A stretch of DNA of 64,000 nt from Eledone cirrhosa (lineage: Eukaryota). Of this stretch, positions 26,830 through 41,469 are shown in pieces; the first letter of the stretch is position 1, and every line of letters begins with the position of its first letter. The DNA is taken from the NCBI GenBank assembly GCA_964016885.1, contig OZ024742.1:84072001-84136000 (forward strand). The letters run 5' to 3'. The notes beneath the pieces were generated by a model. It was not told where the DNA came from. It was given only the letters and a program-made list of their open reading frames with translations, and ran no database searches. The position numbers were made by a program, and so were the translations under genes.

Positions 26830-27420
26830 GGTCAGGAGGTGTTGATGTCATTAAACGTTGTCCAACGTTTATTGGTTGTTTCGACCCTCAACCGTAACAC
26901 TCTCTCGCTGATGGGTCATCAGTGATGGCCAAATTACTGCCTATCTTCGCCTTCTAGCTTCCGTCTATCCCCTTTCTCCTGCTCCAAAGACAGAGAGATG
27001 CCCTTGTTGCTGCCTCTCGCATCCTCTGAACTAAAGCCTTCTCTTTTTCATGTCATTTCATTGGCAGTAGCATTCTCCATATCGCGTGAGCCGGAAATCC
27101 TCTGCAGCTCACATCTACTGGAAATAGCCATGCCTGCCAACCTTTCTCCCCGCAATCCTGCACAAATTCTTGATAATTAGCACTCCCTCGCTCAAAGGCA
27201 TTGCTACACTCTTTTTCCCATGGTATTGTGAGTTCAATCAGTATTATCCTTTTCATCCTTTCAGACCAAAGTACTTCATCCGAACAACCCGGAGGAACTG
27301 CAACTTACCTCGAAGCTCAACACTCATATCACATGATTGGGCTATTTGTTGTAGGCCACATGTTCTAAATGTCATAGATAGTTTCTTTCCCTCTTTCCCA
27401 AACCTGATTGATAGTGTCGG
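26830..27420 (-). pseudogene. HERO-like RLE LINE 3' fragment
   Basis: KRIILIELTIPWE...YQEFVQDCGEKGWQAWLFPVDVSCRGF, characteristic of HERO-clade RLE termini. Confidence 0.75.
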
Positions 27421-28121
27421 TTTCCTCTATGTTTAGTGTTCCCAGCGTCTTAATAAAAAGAACGGCAACAAAACCAGTTTGCGTTTGAGAATATGAACCC
27501 AGTCTCAAACGAATGTCTGAAGGAAGTAAGTTTAAATGAAGGTAGTTTGACGTGCATACATCAGGACGGACAAATACACAAGATGTTAACTTAAAACGTA
27601 ATATTTGTGCTTTGAGAATGATGGATTCCTTGTTATTATCAGAACATCTGTATAGGAATAGGTTACTCTATTTTAAAACCGAAGGATCGTTCATTGTTTG
27701 GTCATCCAAAAATTAGGCCACCCGATAGAAATTTCTGCTCTTTCTTTTGCTGTTGTTCCATCGTCATCATGTAAAAAATGGTCGAGTTCGTCGGAAATAA
27801 TTCGTTGTTATTTTTGACGACATGAATGCAGTTATGCAGTTTTTCAAGTAATTGAAATTAACGTATATGCAGCTGAGTATTCCACAATCACGTGTATCTT
27901 CTATGTAATTCTGTGACTAAAAAATCACAACAAGATTGGACACATTAAATATAGAAACAAATCCAAAGAGAAGCTTCGAATTCATGTACTGGACTGGTAA
28001 CTTATTTATTGGCCGCGAAAAACACCGGTAAGATTGGATTTCAAAAATATTTGCGACATACACACACAGACCCAAACACACACACACATGCAGACAAATA
28101 CACGCACACATACACACACAA

Positions 28122-28162
<41 letters not shown>

Positions 28163-28771
28163 TACCTATATGCACATACATATAAGTATGAGTGTATTAC
28201 AGTTTTATTATATATTTAATATATCTGAGACAATTTATAAATACATTCAAACGTTCAAAAATACTGTTCATAATTACTATTTATAAAAATAATGTTATAA
28301 AACTGAAATAATAAAAGGTATAATACAGATGAAAAGGGAATGCGAAAGGGAATTGAATCTGAAAGCTACAATAGAACTAAAGTTCAAAGTTCAAACATTA
28401 ATTATACAGTAGTCGTACAGGTCGAAAGTTAAAAACAAATGTAGATTCACTCACACAAAATAACAGCCAACCAAAATATAAAGAAATTACTTTATATATT
28501 AATATTAAACTGACATGTTTAAAGTTAAATGTATCTAGAAAAAAAAGAAGAAGGAAACAAACCACAAAACAGAAAGACAGAGGAGACGAGAAAATAAAGC
28601 GAAGGAACCTCCCGAGGCTTAATAAAATTAGTCAGTAATTGATTTTGAACATATGGACGGACATTAATTCAGTGACTAGGTTTTAGAAGTCCAATGAAAC
28701 ATTTTGACACATCATGTAGAAAAAGCAAAAAAGAAAGAAACAAAAAAACAAAAAAAAAACAAAAAAAACAG

Positions 28772-28803
<32 letters not shown>

Positions 28804-29508
28804 GTGTATATAACAGTTTTGTGGCTTCTTAATTGACTAAAATAACTCTTCCGCGCTGTAGTTGTTTGTGTTTCAATAGGCGGTCTAAGATCATGTCAGC
28901 GGTTATAAAAGTACAACGTGAAAGTTTGCAGTAGTGTGTCAATGCAAATATGCAAATGGGAGCGACTGGAATTCTAGCTATTTGCGAGACAACAAGCTCA
29001 CACAGCGATGGAAGATTAAAGATCAGCAGATCTGCCGTCGGGGTTAAACATTTTCCTATTACCCACTATACTACCCTAAGTATTGAGTACTCTGGTGCGT
29101 TATGGTCCATCTGGTTCCTTACCACACCTCCTTCGTTATATATATATATATAAATATAATTTCAGCGAGATCGTATTTCGGCGGCGGCCAAAACAAAACG
29201 AAACGCAATTTTCAAGATATGCCGGCAAGCGCTCAATGGACTAGGAAGAAGCCAGAGCAATTAACATACGTTATAAGGGCCAGACACATTATACAAATGG
29301 GTGTGAAGTGACAAGCCAGGTAGCCGAAAAAAGGAGCAAGCTAAACAGGATATATATATATATACTAACGGACGGCGTTGTTTGACTCAACAAGAAGTTT
29401 CCTTAGTTAGGTGGAGAATTTACGATTCTATGCAGGTGATTCTTGGAGTAATAATAATGAAAGAGTGAAGAATAACATGGTTGGCTGTACAAAAAAGATT
29501 TTATTTAC

Positions 29509-29604
29509 AGTATTAACAATTGTTTCATTGATCAAATGAGTCTAAAGGCCGCTAATCACTAGAAATTGTGTCACTCGACTTTAAATACAAATCTTCAGAA
29601 TACT
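29509..29604 (-). ncRNA. Hammerhead motif (inverted arm copy)
   Basis: Reverse complement AGTATT-CTGAAGA-...-GAAACAATTGTT-AATACT; 5' side of stem II deleted. Confidence 0.65.
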
Positions 29605-29764
29605 GAAGGATGTAACAGAGGGCACTGGTATTTATAGATACATCGAAGAATCAAGTAAATGAAAACAATAACACCAATAATATAAAATAATGAAATAAAG
29701 AATTGATAAAAAATATTAAAAAATAAAAAATAATAAAAAGATTAAAAATACGGTTACACCCTTC

Positions 29765-29877
29765 AGTATTCCGATGATTTGATCAGAGGCACACACTGTA
29801 TTTAAGGTCGGGTGACACAATTTCCAGTGATTAGCGGCCTTTAGACTCATTTGATCAATGAAACAATTGTTAATACT
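29765..29877 (+). ncRNA. Hammerhead motif with long stem II insert, CCGAUGA core
   Basis: AGTATT-CCGATGA-tTTGATCA...TGATCAAt-GAAACAATTGTT-AATACT. Confidence 0.75.
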
Positions 29878-29907
29878 GTAAATAAAACTCTTTTTGTACA
29901 GCCAACC

Positions 29908-29947
<40 letters not shown>

Positions 29948-32900
29948 TTCTCACGCTGCCTCTGTCTCTCTCCTTCTTCCTTCCTATCTCTCTATCTCTC
30001 TCTCTAGATCACACGAGCTCTCTCTCTCTCTCTCTCTCTAAATCGCACCTTGAATTTCTCACCGGACTTATCTATCTCCCTCTCTCTAACCTTTCCCCCA
30101 CTCTTCCCGCTATCTCTCTTTCTCCCCTCCACAGCGGAATGGACTGCATGCAAGGAAACGGTGAAATTAGGAGTCAGCGAAACTGATAAAAAATGGAACT
30201 AGCGGTTTTGATCAATGGGTGGAGCCTGGCTGATGTGTCACCACCAAGCAAAAAGATTGCAGGGACCCTGAAGAACCATGGGTTTCTGAGGACTCTGGCG
30301 CAGATAGAGAGAAAAAGAAAATAAATCGAGAAGGCCTATGTCCTCATAGCACCACATATGGCGATGCTAAGTCGTGTCCTCAAGGAGGAGAAAAACGAAG
30401 AGAAATGAGAAGAAAAAGAAAAGGAAGGAAGCACAAGCACGGACCTGAAAGAAAATGAGATACCCGCCGCCACAGTCAGGGAGGGCAGGCCGGGCAACCA
30501 ACAAGTAAACGGTAAAAGTGAGAAGCGAAATCACCTTCCGAAGGAGAACCAAGTGCAGAGGGACCAGTGGACAACTGTCCAAAAGGAGAACAGAAAGCAC
30601 CGAGACACTGGGAGCAAGAAAACCCAAGTAATGTGCAAGTTATTCAGGAACGGGACCGGCTGGCATGGAGAGAAAGGGATGGGCTGCAGATTCGCCCACC
30701 CCAGGCCCCAAACCAACTATGCCTATCCTACTCGCGCAACATGCCCCAGCCAAAGCCACTCCATAAGTATGCCGCTCCAGAAGTATGCTGATGTCGCGCG
30801 TGCCGCGACAACAAGGAGGAGGCACGCACATGCCGACGAGATACAGATGGCAGCAGCAGAGCAGAAACATTTTTTAGTCATGGCAGAGAAGATTGTGGGA
30901 CAGCTAACCTGGTTGCATCGTTTCCAGAGCCAGGGTCACCCACACCAGCACTCGAGACCACCACAATTAAGGGACCCAGAGTGGCCTCCGCTGACACCAC
31001 ACCAGGTGTCACACCGACAGCCATTACTGGCACCCCAAAAGTGCTACTGCTGAATGTCAGAGGCCTGGTGAAACTCAGTAACATGAGTAATTTTTACTAC
31101 ATGGGAGACTTAGCCATAAGCAATCAAGCATTATGCATGGCACTAACAGAAACGCACCTGATAAGCAGTATAGCAGATGCAGAAATACATATACCGAAAT
31201 ATACTGTATTTCGTTCGGACAGGAAGGAAAGAACGCATGGTCGGTTTGCTTTATATATGATGTCACACCAATTGTACTATTGACACATTCAAACTCAGTC
31301 TGTGACACTGATAGTACATATGAAGCAAGTACAGACAGTAATATGTGTCACATATCGGCCGCCCGATGCCTCCAGTCATGAGGGTAAATTTGAGGATAGC
31401 CTCAGTAGGATAGAAGAGGTCCTTGACAAACTGGACCAGGGTCTAAACATTCTACTGCTGGGAGACTTCAACCTGCCAAAGGTCAAATGGCCTGAGAACC
31501 ACCTCCTCCCTGGAATGACGTCAATAGAACAGAGACAGACGGAATCGCTACAGGCCGTTCATGAAACAAGCAGTACTCCTCCCAACAAGAGGCGAAAATG
31601 TCCTGGACCTCTGTTTTACAAACAAGGAAGTGCTCATCCACAATGTAAAGATGACACCAACAATTCTCTAGGATCCTAACTTAGTAGAACTAATGATATG
31701 TGGTCTGAGAGAACCAACAGAGACACAACCACCAAGAAGCACCGGGACGTTATCCAGCCTTAACTTCTACAAGGCTAACTGGAAAAAGATCAAGAGAGAA
31801 ATCCGGAAGTAAATATGGAGCGAAAAAAACCGCCACACAAGACACCAACACACAATTTCAACAATTCATGACAACGATACACACTATATGCAAAAAGTTT
31901 ATCCCGGAGAAAAAGGCAAACAGACACAAAAATCTTATTCCCAGAGATAGGAAAATCCTTATGAGACGTAGAACCAAGCTCTCAAACCAGCTGAATGCAC
32001 AACAAGAAGGAATCCTATTTGAAACATGCACTACTTGACACCGAGATTGCACTCAAACTTTCCCATGAACATGAGAGGGCAAAGAAAGAAATCAGTGCCA
32101 TAGAAAATATTAAAACAAACCCCAATGTCTTCTTTAAATTTGCAAAAGAAACTGCCTCGGTACACTGCAAGATTGGGCCACTCTTCCATACAGACGGTTC
32201 ATTAACTGAGAATCCCCAAGAAATATGTGAAATACTGAACGAACAGTACAAAAGTGTGTTCACATGTCCAAATAACAAAGCAAGAGGAGTTCTTTGATGC
32301 CACAACACTACATGAAGAAATAGCGACCATCAACCACATAGACATAACGGAGGAGGATGTGGTATACGCCATAGATGAAATTAGAACAGACTCAGCTGCT
32401 GGACCTGATGGATTCCCAGCAGTCCTCTTAAAAACGTGTAAGCGGGCCTTGGCACCTCCACTGAAGATGCTCTTCAGAAGCTACTTGGCTAGCGGTATAC
32501 TACCCAGGGAGCTGAAAGAAGGTACAATATGCCCTATCCACAAAGGAGGTATCAGAGCGGAGGCCAAAAACTATAGGCCAGTCTCCCTGACGTCGCATAT
32601 CAGTAAGGTCATGGAGCGAGTCGTCAGAAAGAAACTGATCACTTTCCTCGAGGAAAATGACCGCTTGACTAGCACGCAGCATGGCTTCCGCCCAGGAAGA
32701 AGCTGCCTTACACAGCTGCTACATCACTACGACTGGGTATTGAAACAACTTCTAGACAGCTCACATGTGGACGTGATATATCCTGACTTTGCGAAGGCCT
32801 TTGACAAGATCGACCACGGAATGATATGTCACAAACTACAGGGACTCGGCATAGCTGGAAAAGTAGGTGAGTGGCTGCATGACTTCTTAAAGGACAGAAG

Positions 32901-34043
32901 CCAGACAGTCGCAGCAAACGGGGCCCTCTCAAAGGAAACATCAATAACAAGTGGGGTGCCCCAAGGTACAGTCCTGGGACCACTACTGTTTTTGGTGGCT
33001 CTCTCAGACGTGCCCTCTGTAGTACATACAACAACATCCCTCACTAGCTACGCTGATGACACTAAGGTAGCACAGGCAATAAAAAACCCGGCTGACGCAG
33101 CCCTTTTACAACAAGTTATGGATGCCTTATACAAATGGGCGGAAGAAAACAACATGCAGTTTAATGCTGGCAAATTCCAAACCCTACAATACAAACTTGC
33201 AAACACAAATACAGTACAACACAGTTACGCAGGACCAGGAGGGACCGATATCCGCGTGTCAAAATCGATACGAGACCTGGGTATAGACATGAGCGATGAT
33301 GCATCTTTTTCCTCACACATCATGAAAGTGGCGACAATGTGCAGAGGACTCGCTGGCTGGATCTTGAGGACTTTCTGGACAGAGACTGAGACACCATGTT
33401 GACATTATAAAGGTTATTTTTCCTAAGCTGCCTGGACTATTGCTCCCAGTTGTGGTCACTCCAAAGTGTCAAACTAACCACGGAGCTTGAGGCAATCCAG
33501 CGAAGCTACACCAAGAGGATTGCAACGATGAAGGAAACAAGCTACTGGGAGAGGCTAAAAGAACTGAACCTCTAATCCTTGGAACGAAGACGAGAGAGAT
33601 ACGCAGTGATCTACATGTGGAAAATCCTGGGGGGGACTAGCACCAAACTTTAGCATTGGGAGCTGGACCAACCGTCGATCAGGACGTCACTGTGTGGTGC
33701 CAAAGTTCCCGTCTTCTACATTTAGAATAAGGAGCAGATATTGCAATAGCCTGGGATTCAAGGGCCCTCAACTCTTCAACAAGGTGCCGAGAGATCTGAG
33801 AGACCTGCATGGTGTGGAGTTGGATGTCTTAAAGAAACATCTCGACACCTTGCTATCCAGGATCCCGGATGAGCCCACAGAAAGGCACGAGGGAAACCTA
33901 AGGGCAGCAGCAACAAACTCCCTCTTACACCAGTGGCCAACCAATACAGGCTGGAGATAAAATGTGTAGCAACACGGTCGCTGTCCCAGCATAGCCTCAG
34001 CCGGATGGCTGGAACAGGTAAAAGAGTAAAAGAGTGAAAGAGT
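29948..34043 (+). mobile_element. Near full-length CR1/L2-group LINE, frameshifted
   Basis: CT-rich 5' region; ORF1 remnant with a degenerate CCCH finger; APE (LLNVRGL, ALTETHL, YRPP, LLGDFNLP); RT (QHGFRPGRSC, DFAKAFD, GVPQGTVLGPLLF, YADD); LERRRERY; 3' tail (GTAAAAGA)n-like at 34018-34043. Confidence 0.9.
32254..33402 (+). pseudogene. LINE reverse transcriptase domain
   Basis: Open 382-aa stretch carrying the core RT motifs; flanked by frameshifts and stops. Confidence 0.9.
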
Positions 34044-34169
34044 ATATATGTATGTATGTATATATATCACCTTGACCGACAGGTCTGTCGGGCACCAGCC
34101 CGGCTGGTCACAGTACGTGCTGTTTTTCCATATGATGACGCCATCCCACCGGCTGGGCGGGCAGGCCAT

Positions 34170-34440
34170 AAGTCTAAAGTCTGTCTTAAGCCAGAAGGCT
34201 CATTTGGCCAGTGCTTATCTCGGCTTCATGGCGTGAAGCGACTGAGAGCACAAGACTCCCCCCCCCCACTGGAAGGACACCAGTCCATCGTAGGGTTAAA
34301 CCTCCAGCTATTGTTGGTACTCATTTTCAGCTGAGTAAACTGGAGCAACGTGAAATAAAGTGTCTTGCTCAAGGAAACAACACATCACCCGGTCCGAGAA
34401 TTGAACTCACAACCTGTCGATTGCAAGCCTATTGCTCTAA

Positions 34441-34442
<2 letters not shown>
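34170..34442 (-). mobile_element. SINE family B, near full-length
   Basis: tRNA-like head, CORE-like CCTTGAGCAAGACACTTTA, V-domain-like CCCTACGATGGACTGGTGTCCTTCCAG. Confidence 0.8.
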
Positions 34443-34517
<75 letters not shown>

Positions 34518-35153
34518 GTGAAGGCGCATGGCTTACAATCGAAAGGTTGTGAGTATCTTTATGTGTGAGTGAGTGTGTGTGTATGCCTCATATTTTCTTT
34601 GATAGTAAGGATGAAACATTCAAATGAGCATTGATTATAAACTAGTGGAAGTTGTATATTTATTTAACAATTTATTCTGATAAAAGAACTTTACATTTCA
34701 CTTCTTCGTATAAGACCTTGATTTGATTGGGGGATAGTTCGCCATTACTGTAACACCGAATAGTTGATCCACGTAAGTAAATCTTTCCCTATTCTCTGTT
34801 TGTGTTTGGTGTAATCATGTTATCAATTATCTAATTTTTCTGCACGTGATCGGATGATGTAACTAGGCTAATAAAATACGTATAGGGTTTTTGTAGAATT
34901 AACACTTTAAAGAAGATTTCCAGTCCAGTTTTCTGTTGTTTTTAAATTCCGTTCCTACACCAGCTACGGGATACCACATATACGATGGATGATTTGCATA
35001 ACGTCGAATGCTTTAATTTATAACACTATTATTTACTAACCGGAACTATCAGTTTTACCCATCGGTAAAAAAAAAAATTACCAGTTTAATTTTTCGTTAC
35101 CTTTATCTTAGCGTACATTTTGCATTGTTTAGCCTTACATCACTTTCCACATT

Positions 35154-35184
<31 letters not shown>

Positions 35185-36842
35185 CCATAATTCTCACAGA
35201 TTGCCTCGGCTACTGAAACACTCGATAGCCGATACAATCTGTATGAACTAAGAAAAGATGGAATAGATCATACAAACTGCATATTTAGCATGAACAAGTT
35301 GTTGATTCCTTAGCCTGCGGGTGATGAGAATTTTTAAGACCATGTACCTACGATGGTGATATTCCTCTAAAAATATTTCTTCACATCGTAGATTATTATT
35401 TGTATTATATTTCAATTTCCAAACTATACTATAGAGAAAATGAATTTGAAATCATTAAACAATCACAAGCAATTTAGAAACAGGATTTAAAAAGCTATGT
35501 GTTTCAATTTTAATGCATTCTAAATCACTCCTCAAGTATTAAAGTTTATACGCCAACCTAAGCTGTATTGGAAATCATTTTTCTTTTTCATCTCAAAATT
35601 ATCCAGGTCAACCCACTGCAGTATCTCATTCAAGTTGTCTCATGTTACATGTTAGGCACTCATCAAGAATTTTGTTATGAATTTAAATAATCTGCTCTAG
35701 AATAGCTGTCTATTATAGTCATGGATTTGAAAACCGTTTATATTTTTTTTGTTGTGTTATGATGTCGATATCTGGTTGAAAAATAATTCAGTTCGACTTC
35801 AATTTAAAAAAGAATTATTAAACATAACATCAAGTGTTTGGTAAGATCTTGTAAATTAGTGTTTAAATCATTGACATGTAATGAAAAAATTGTGTAAAAC
35901 TTTAATCGAAAATCCAAACAACGTCAGATAATTCTTGCTTAAAATATTTCACTTGTCAAATTCGGCAGAATTTCATGGAAAGACGTACAAAATTGTTTTA
36001 CGACCGAACCTCGACTAAGATATCTAACATTGTTATATATAAGTAGTCCTATGTACAAGTATTTCAAATTGTGTGATAGATTTTGAAATTATGTTTTTTA
36101 AAGCTCGCGTAGATATAGAATTAACTACCTTGGTAACAATTTTAATCACAGCTCCAAGTTCCTTAAGATTAGTTTTTGCGCGTAAAGTCTCAATAGGTAT
36201 AATGCTACTAGTTTATGGTCAGCATATTTTGCAAACAAATTTACAAAATTATACCATCAATTGTCACAGAAGCTAATTTCGAAAGGCTAATCGATTGATT
36301 AAGTCATTTATTTTTTACTGTTTTACATTTTCACCCTATGTAGAGTGCTCATTTGATGTCAGCAACTTTAACATTTCTTCATACACTTCGTTGTTTGTTA
36401 TTTACAATGCTAACCAGGAAATATATATAGGAAAGGAAACATTAAATTGTATAGGTAAACTATGTCAAGATTTACTTGTGAGGATTATGTTACTGATCTT
36501 ATGCAAATGGACATATTGATTAGGAAAACTCCTATTATTACACACAGGAGAGAAAATGTATGAGGAAGCATATCTACACATGAGATAGGGAAACATGCAG
36601 ATAAACAAATAGAGATGATAGCAAGAGGTAAACATAGAAACAAAGCGCGCGCGCGAGAGAGAGAGAGAGATAGAACAGAGAGACAGCAAGATATAAAAAC
36701 TAACAGAAGAGAAGAAAACAGAAACACAGACATACGACACACATTTTTACAAAAGTCTGTTTCGACTATCAATAGAAGACAAAAGTTATTAAAATCATTC
36801 TAGAACAGTATTTCCAAATTCCGTTTGTCTTATTTTACAGTC

Positions 36843-36969
<127 letters not shown>

Positions 36970-38250
36970 ATATAACGCACATACACACAGACACAATGAA
37001 AATTGACAATATAGTGAATGTAAACTATGAATAGGAAAATAATTACATATTTATCCACCTGCAACAACGTGGTTTCAGCGCAACTGTCTTACTAATCGTT
37101 ATTTACTCATTAGAAGGAGAGTACAAAACGCCATTAATATATTTCAAGAGGTATTTGAAAATGTTCATGATAGCTTTTTAGGAAACTTATTTGCCAAGAG
37201 AGACCAGCATGCTACGAAAGAAGTAACGTAACCAATTTTCCGTCGAAAGAAGGTTGGTTTTGAACTCCGAAAGCACAGAATCGGGACAGATACCGCAAAG
37301 CACACTATCCGACACTTTAATGATTCCATTAATCCACCGGCGTTGGGTGGGTACATTATTCACCGATCCCGAAATAATGAAAGACAACGTTGACCTCGGG
37401 GATATTTGAACTTAGAGAGTAGAGAGCCGAAACAATAACCGAAGCGTTTATTTCGACTTTCCAACGACATTGCTAATTCGTCTCCTTGCGGAACAAATAA
37501 AAATACATTTAAACAAATTTGTTTGTTCAGCTCTGATGACCAAACTCCGACTGTGGTGTCATATGCTGGGTGCCAGATAATGAGTCAATCAATCACTCAC
37601 GAACACTTGTGTATGTTTAACTGCTGGAAGCAGCTAAAAATATACACACACATGCTTGCAATATTTTGTTATTCGAAAATCGTACTCAATATCAACCTTC
37701 CCTGGCGAAAGGTGAAAAAAGAAATGAACAAGAAGTTGCCACATTCCTCAATCGTAAGTATTCTCATTCAAATCTGGACGTTACGCTTTCTTATGACGAT
37801 GATTTACGGCGGCAAGATAAATCGAATACTGACATTTCTTTAAAACGCCATTGCCCGTTTTGATATCAATCCGATTTCAACCAACCCCACTACGATAATA
37901 CAAAGCTATTTTTTAAAGTCTTTATAATTATGTAAAAAGCTTCCAACATAAACTGTAAGAAAACTGTATAGTAGAAATATAGAATATTATTCAATGATTG
38001 CATATATATTATCAGTCAGATCAAATTTTCAATTGTATTAGACTCAGTAAATCTATGCTTTGTGAAACGTTATGTAATCAATATGTTTCATGGTACGTAA
38101 GAAATATCGATGATATCCATCCACATATCAATATCAGTTTATATTTTTTATTCTCATCCTTTCTTTCACCTCTCGCTCCCTTTATAGTTTCTTTTTTATA
38201 AAGTTCATTCTATCTTTTTTAAATTATATTCTTTATGTATATGACTTTTG

Positions 38251-38380
<130 letters not shown>

Positions 38381-39940
38381 TAAAAAAAACAATGTTGTCT
38401 CACATCGAGATGAAGTGAGAGTGTATTCTAAATACATATATAAATGAGAAAACTCATTGCTAGAACATCAAAGACAGCGATAGATAAAAATGCCTCAGGC
38501 ACAGAGACCGACGTGTGTGTTTTGGTAAAAAACAAGAGCAACCAGGAGAAAGCTCTCTACACTCGTAGTGTATAGTTACGATGGAGATTTAGTTGAATAA
38601 CATTAAGAAAGATGCTGTGATTACATAAAGCGTTTATTCATTATAATTATTTCAACGGCTACTCTTATGTAATCCAAGATGTATTATTTATATTTGTTGC
38701 TGGAATGGGGCGATTTCTTCTGATGAAACATTCGTTTATGTCATATGCTACAGGCAAAATCATGTTCTTCTTGCGTGCCCCGCAAGCATATGAGTTCCTA
38801 AAAGAGTCCTTCCAGCTATTGTGTTTACAATTTGTGGAGTGTGACGTGATTGATGTGTCAATTAGCAAGGCTGACTTAATCAACTGACTATAGTCTCGAG
38901 GCTGTAAATTATCAAAAAGATTTCTTTCTCTTCTTGTATGAGGGTAGGAAAGTTGTCGAAATTCCAGACATTTAGTCTACGAGTACCTCGTTTCTATATT
39001 CAGTTAGATAGTAGGTGCAATAAACATTTTTGAAGGTGGGCGTTAGAACCATGGCGACCACAGCTACAACCACGACAACAATAACAGCAACATTGACAAT
39101 AGCAACTAATACGGCCACGACAACGACAACAATAATAACAGCCGCGGTGATAGTGACAGCCACAACAGCAACACTAACAACCACTACCGCAACAACAATG
39201 ATAATAATAATAATTTTAACAACAACAACAATAGCCAGTCTGAACAACAACTAAACAAATTAGTAGAGGAAAGGACTATGTGAGCGGAATACTAGATTCT
39301 AAATAAAGCATAAATATAAAAGATTTTAATGATTTTAAATACGAAGTGGGTAGAGCTACCGAAGATAAAGATAAATGATATCGATATAATTATTAGTAGT
39401 ATAAGTGTGGTAATAGAGGAGGAAAAACAAAAGTGAGGAGGGTGAAAATAACAGAAAACACGGACACATATATACACGTATATGATTGTATACCTGACAA
39501 AATATAACATCATACCACAAGTAATTCGAAAAGAAAAAAAACAATATCACATTATACATGTATGTAAGATAGATATATACATTCGTGTGCACATACATAT
39601 ATACATGTCAATACACACACGTGTGTGAGCACATTCGTGCGGGTTGTTGAATTAATGGTGTGTGTATGAAAAATGGCACATTTAAGGCAATGTACAATGA
39701 CATAACCATATAACAAAACACATTAGAAAACATCGTAATTTAACATGATATGGTAAGCATAACATGTTGTAGGTAGCAAACAAAAGAAAAGAAATTATAA
39801 TATAGATATAAATGCAAATATACAGAAAGAATACAAAATACAAACTGCACGCGTATATATGTGTCAGTGATTTTTGTTATTTTCACCATTCTTCACTTCC
39901 GTTTTTCCTCCCTTATAACCATACTTACAGTACTCATAAT

Positions 39941-40099
39941 TGTTCTACTTTTGGCACAAGGCCAGCAATTACCCCAGCGCATTACTGGCGCTTTATTTTA
40001 TCGACCCCGTAAGGATGAAGGATGAAGTTAACCACGGTGGGATTTGAACTCAGAAGCATGGTGTCTGACGCTCTACCGATACTTCCAATCCACAGCCGC
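39941..40099 (-). mobile_element. SINE family A with TSD, interrupting an older inverted repeat
   Basis: TACAGTACTCATAAT (39926-39940) and TACAGTACTAATAAT (40100-40114) flank it. Confidence 0.8.
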
Positions 40100-40518
40100 T
40101 ACAGTACTAATAATGTTATCTTTATCTTTAGCATTATCCTTAATTTATTTATTTTAATGGATTAATATCGATATTGCCTTTCTTCTGCCGCAAAACACGG
40201 TGTCCAACCCTCTAACCTTACTGCCAATCACCCGCGCTAAATGACACATAAATAATGATTTGTGAGTTAGGCATTATACCAACAATTTGAAGGGAAAAGA
40301 ATGTCGATTAAAATGACCCCAGTGCGTTACTTGTGTTTTATTTCATCGACCTTGTAAGGATAAAATGCAAAGCTAATCTCGGCGGGATTTGACCCCAGAA
40401 AGTAAAAGACCCTATCTCTATGCCGCAAAGCATATTGTCCGACTCTCTACCGATACATAAAATTAAGAAAAGTAGGCGTGGGTAATCTCCAAAGTACTAA
40501 ACTAGATAAAGAAAGACA

Positions 40519-40679
<161 letters not shown>

Positions 40680-41469
40680 AGAAAATGAGTGAGAAAGAAG
40701 TAAAAAAAACAAGTTTTATATCAACCCTCATTTCATCGAAATCACTTATCTTCGATAAAGTGTATTGATTACATAAATACTCACAAATCGTAGGTTTATT
40801 GTGTATTGGAATGGGAATGTCTGTAAGGAATGCTTATCTAAGGCATTAAAGTAGTAAATAAAAATCGAAATGTACATGAGACTTTGCACAGATATCCATT
40901 TGCAAAATTTGTTGAAATGATGTTTTTCGTAGCTTTCAACATTAACATGTTTCAACTATCGTTTGTGAAAATGCAATTCGGAAAAGCAATTCGGACAGTT
41001 GCTCCGATTTTTTAACTCAATTAGCCTTTTAGTATTGGCTCATTATGATTCTTATAAATACTGATGCTGTTTTATGACGAAACTACATCTATAATATAGG
41101 TAAGACAGAATCCTAAGTACCAGGGTTTGGGTGCTGAAAACACGCCAGTTATGAGCTGATGGTGACGTTTTACAAGATAGAATTGAAGGTAATAATTACA
41201 GTATTGCACGCATATAGGATGCAATGCAAGTGACAGAAACATTTTAGACTGCATTGAAAACAAGGTCAATTAACTAATTGACTAATACACCGTTGTTAAT
41301 TTCTCCTCTTTTTCTTTTCTGTTATTATCATGATACTTTTGTTTCTTTGAAATAGTGAACTAAATATTATCTTCGCTCAAACTTATTGCTGGTCTCTGGA
41401 TATATACCTAACCTATTCAGGCCGTACAACACATAAACTAAGTATCTGAGTAACAAGCCCCTCAAAAAC

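Larger units (their letters stand above)
29365..29909 (+). mobile_element. Non-coding fold-back PLE cassette with two hammerheads
   Basis: 29476-29617 is inverted at 29753-29909; (TA)n on both sides; left extension is homologous to that of the element at 47487. Confidence 0.85.

Noticed and set aside
38972-39254. Thr-rich or Val-rich ORF, also at 63499-63840
   Set aside because: Degenerate ACA/GCA trinucleotide low-complexity DNA with no other coding evidence.
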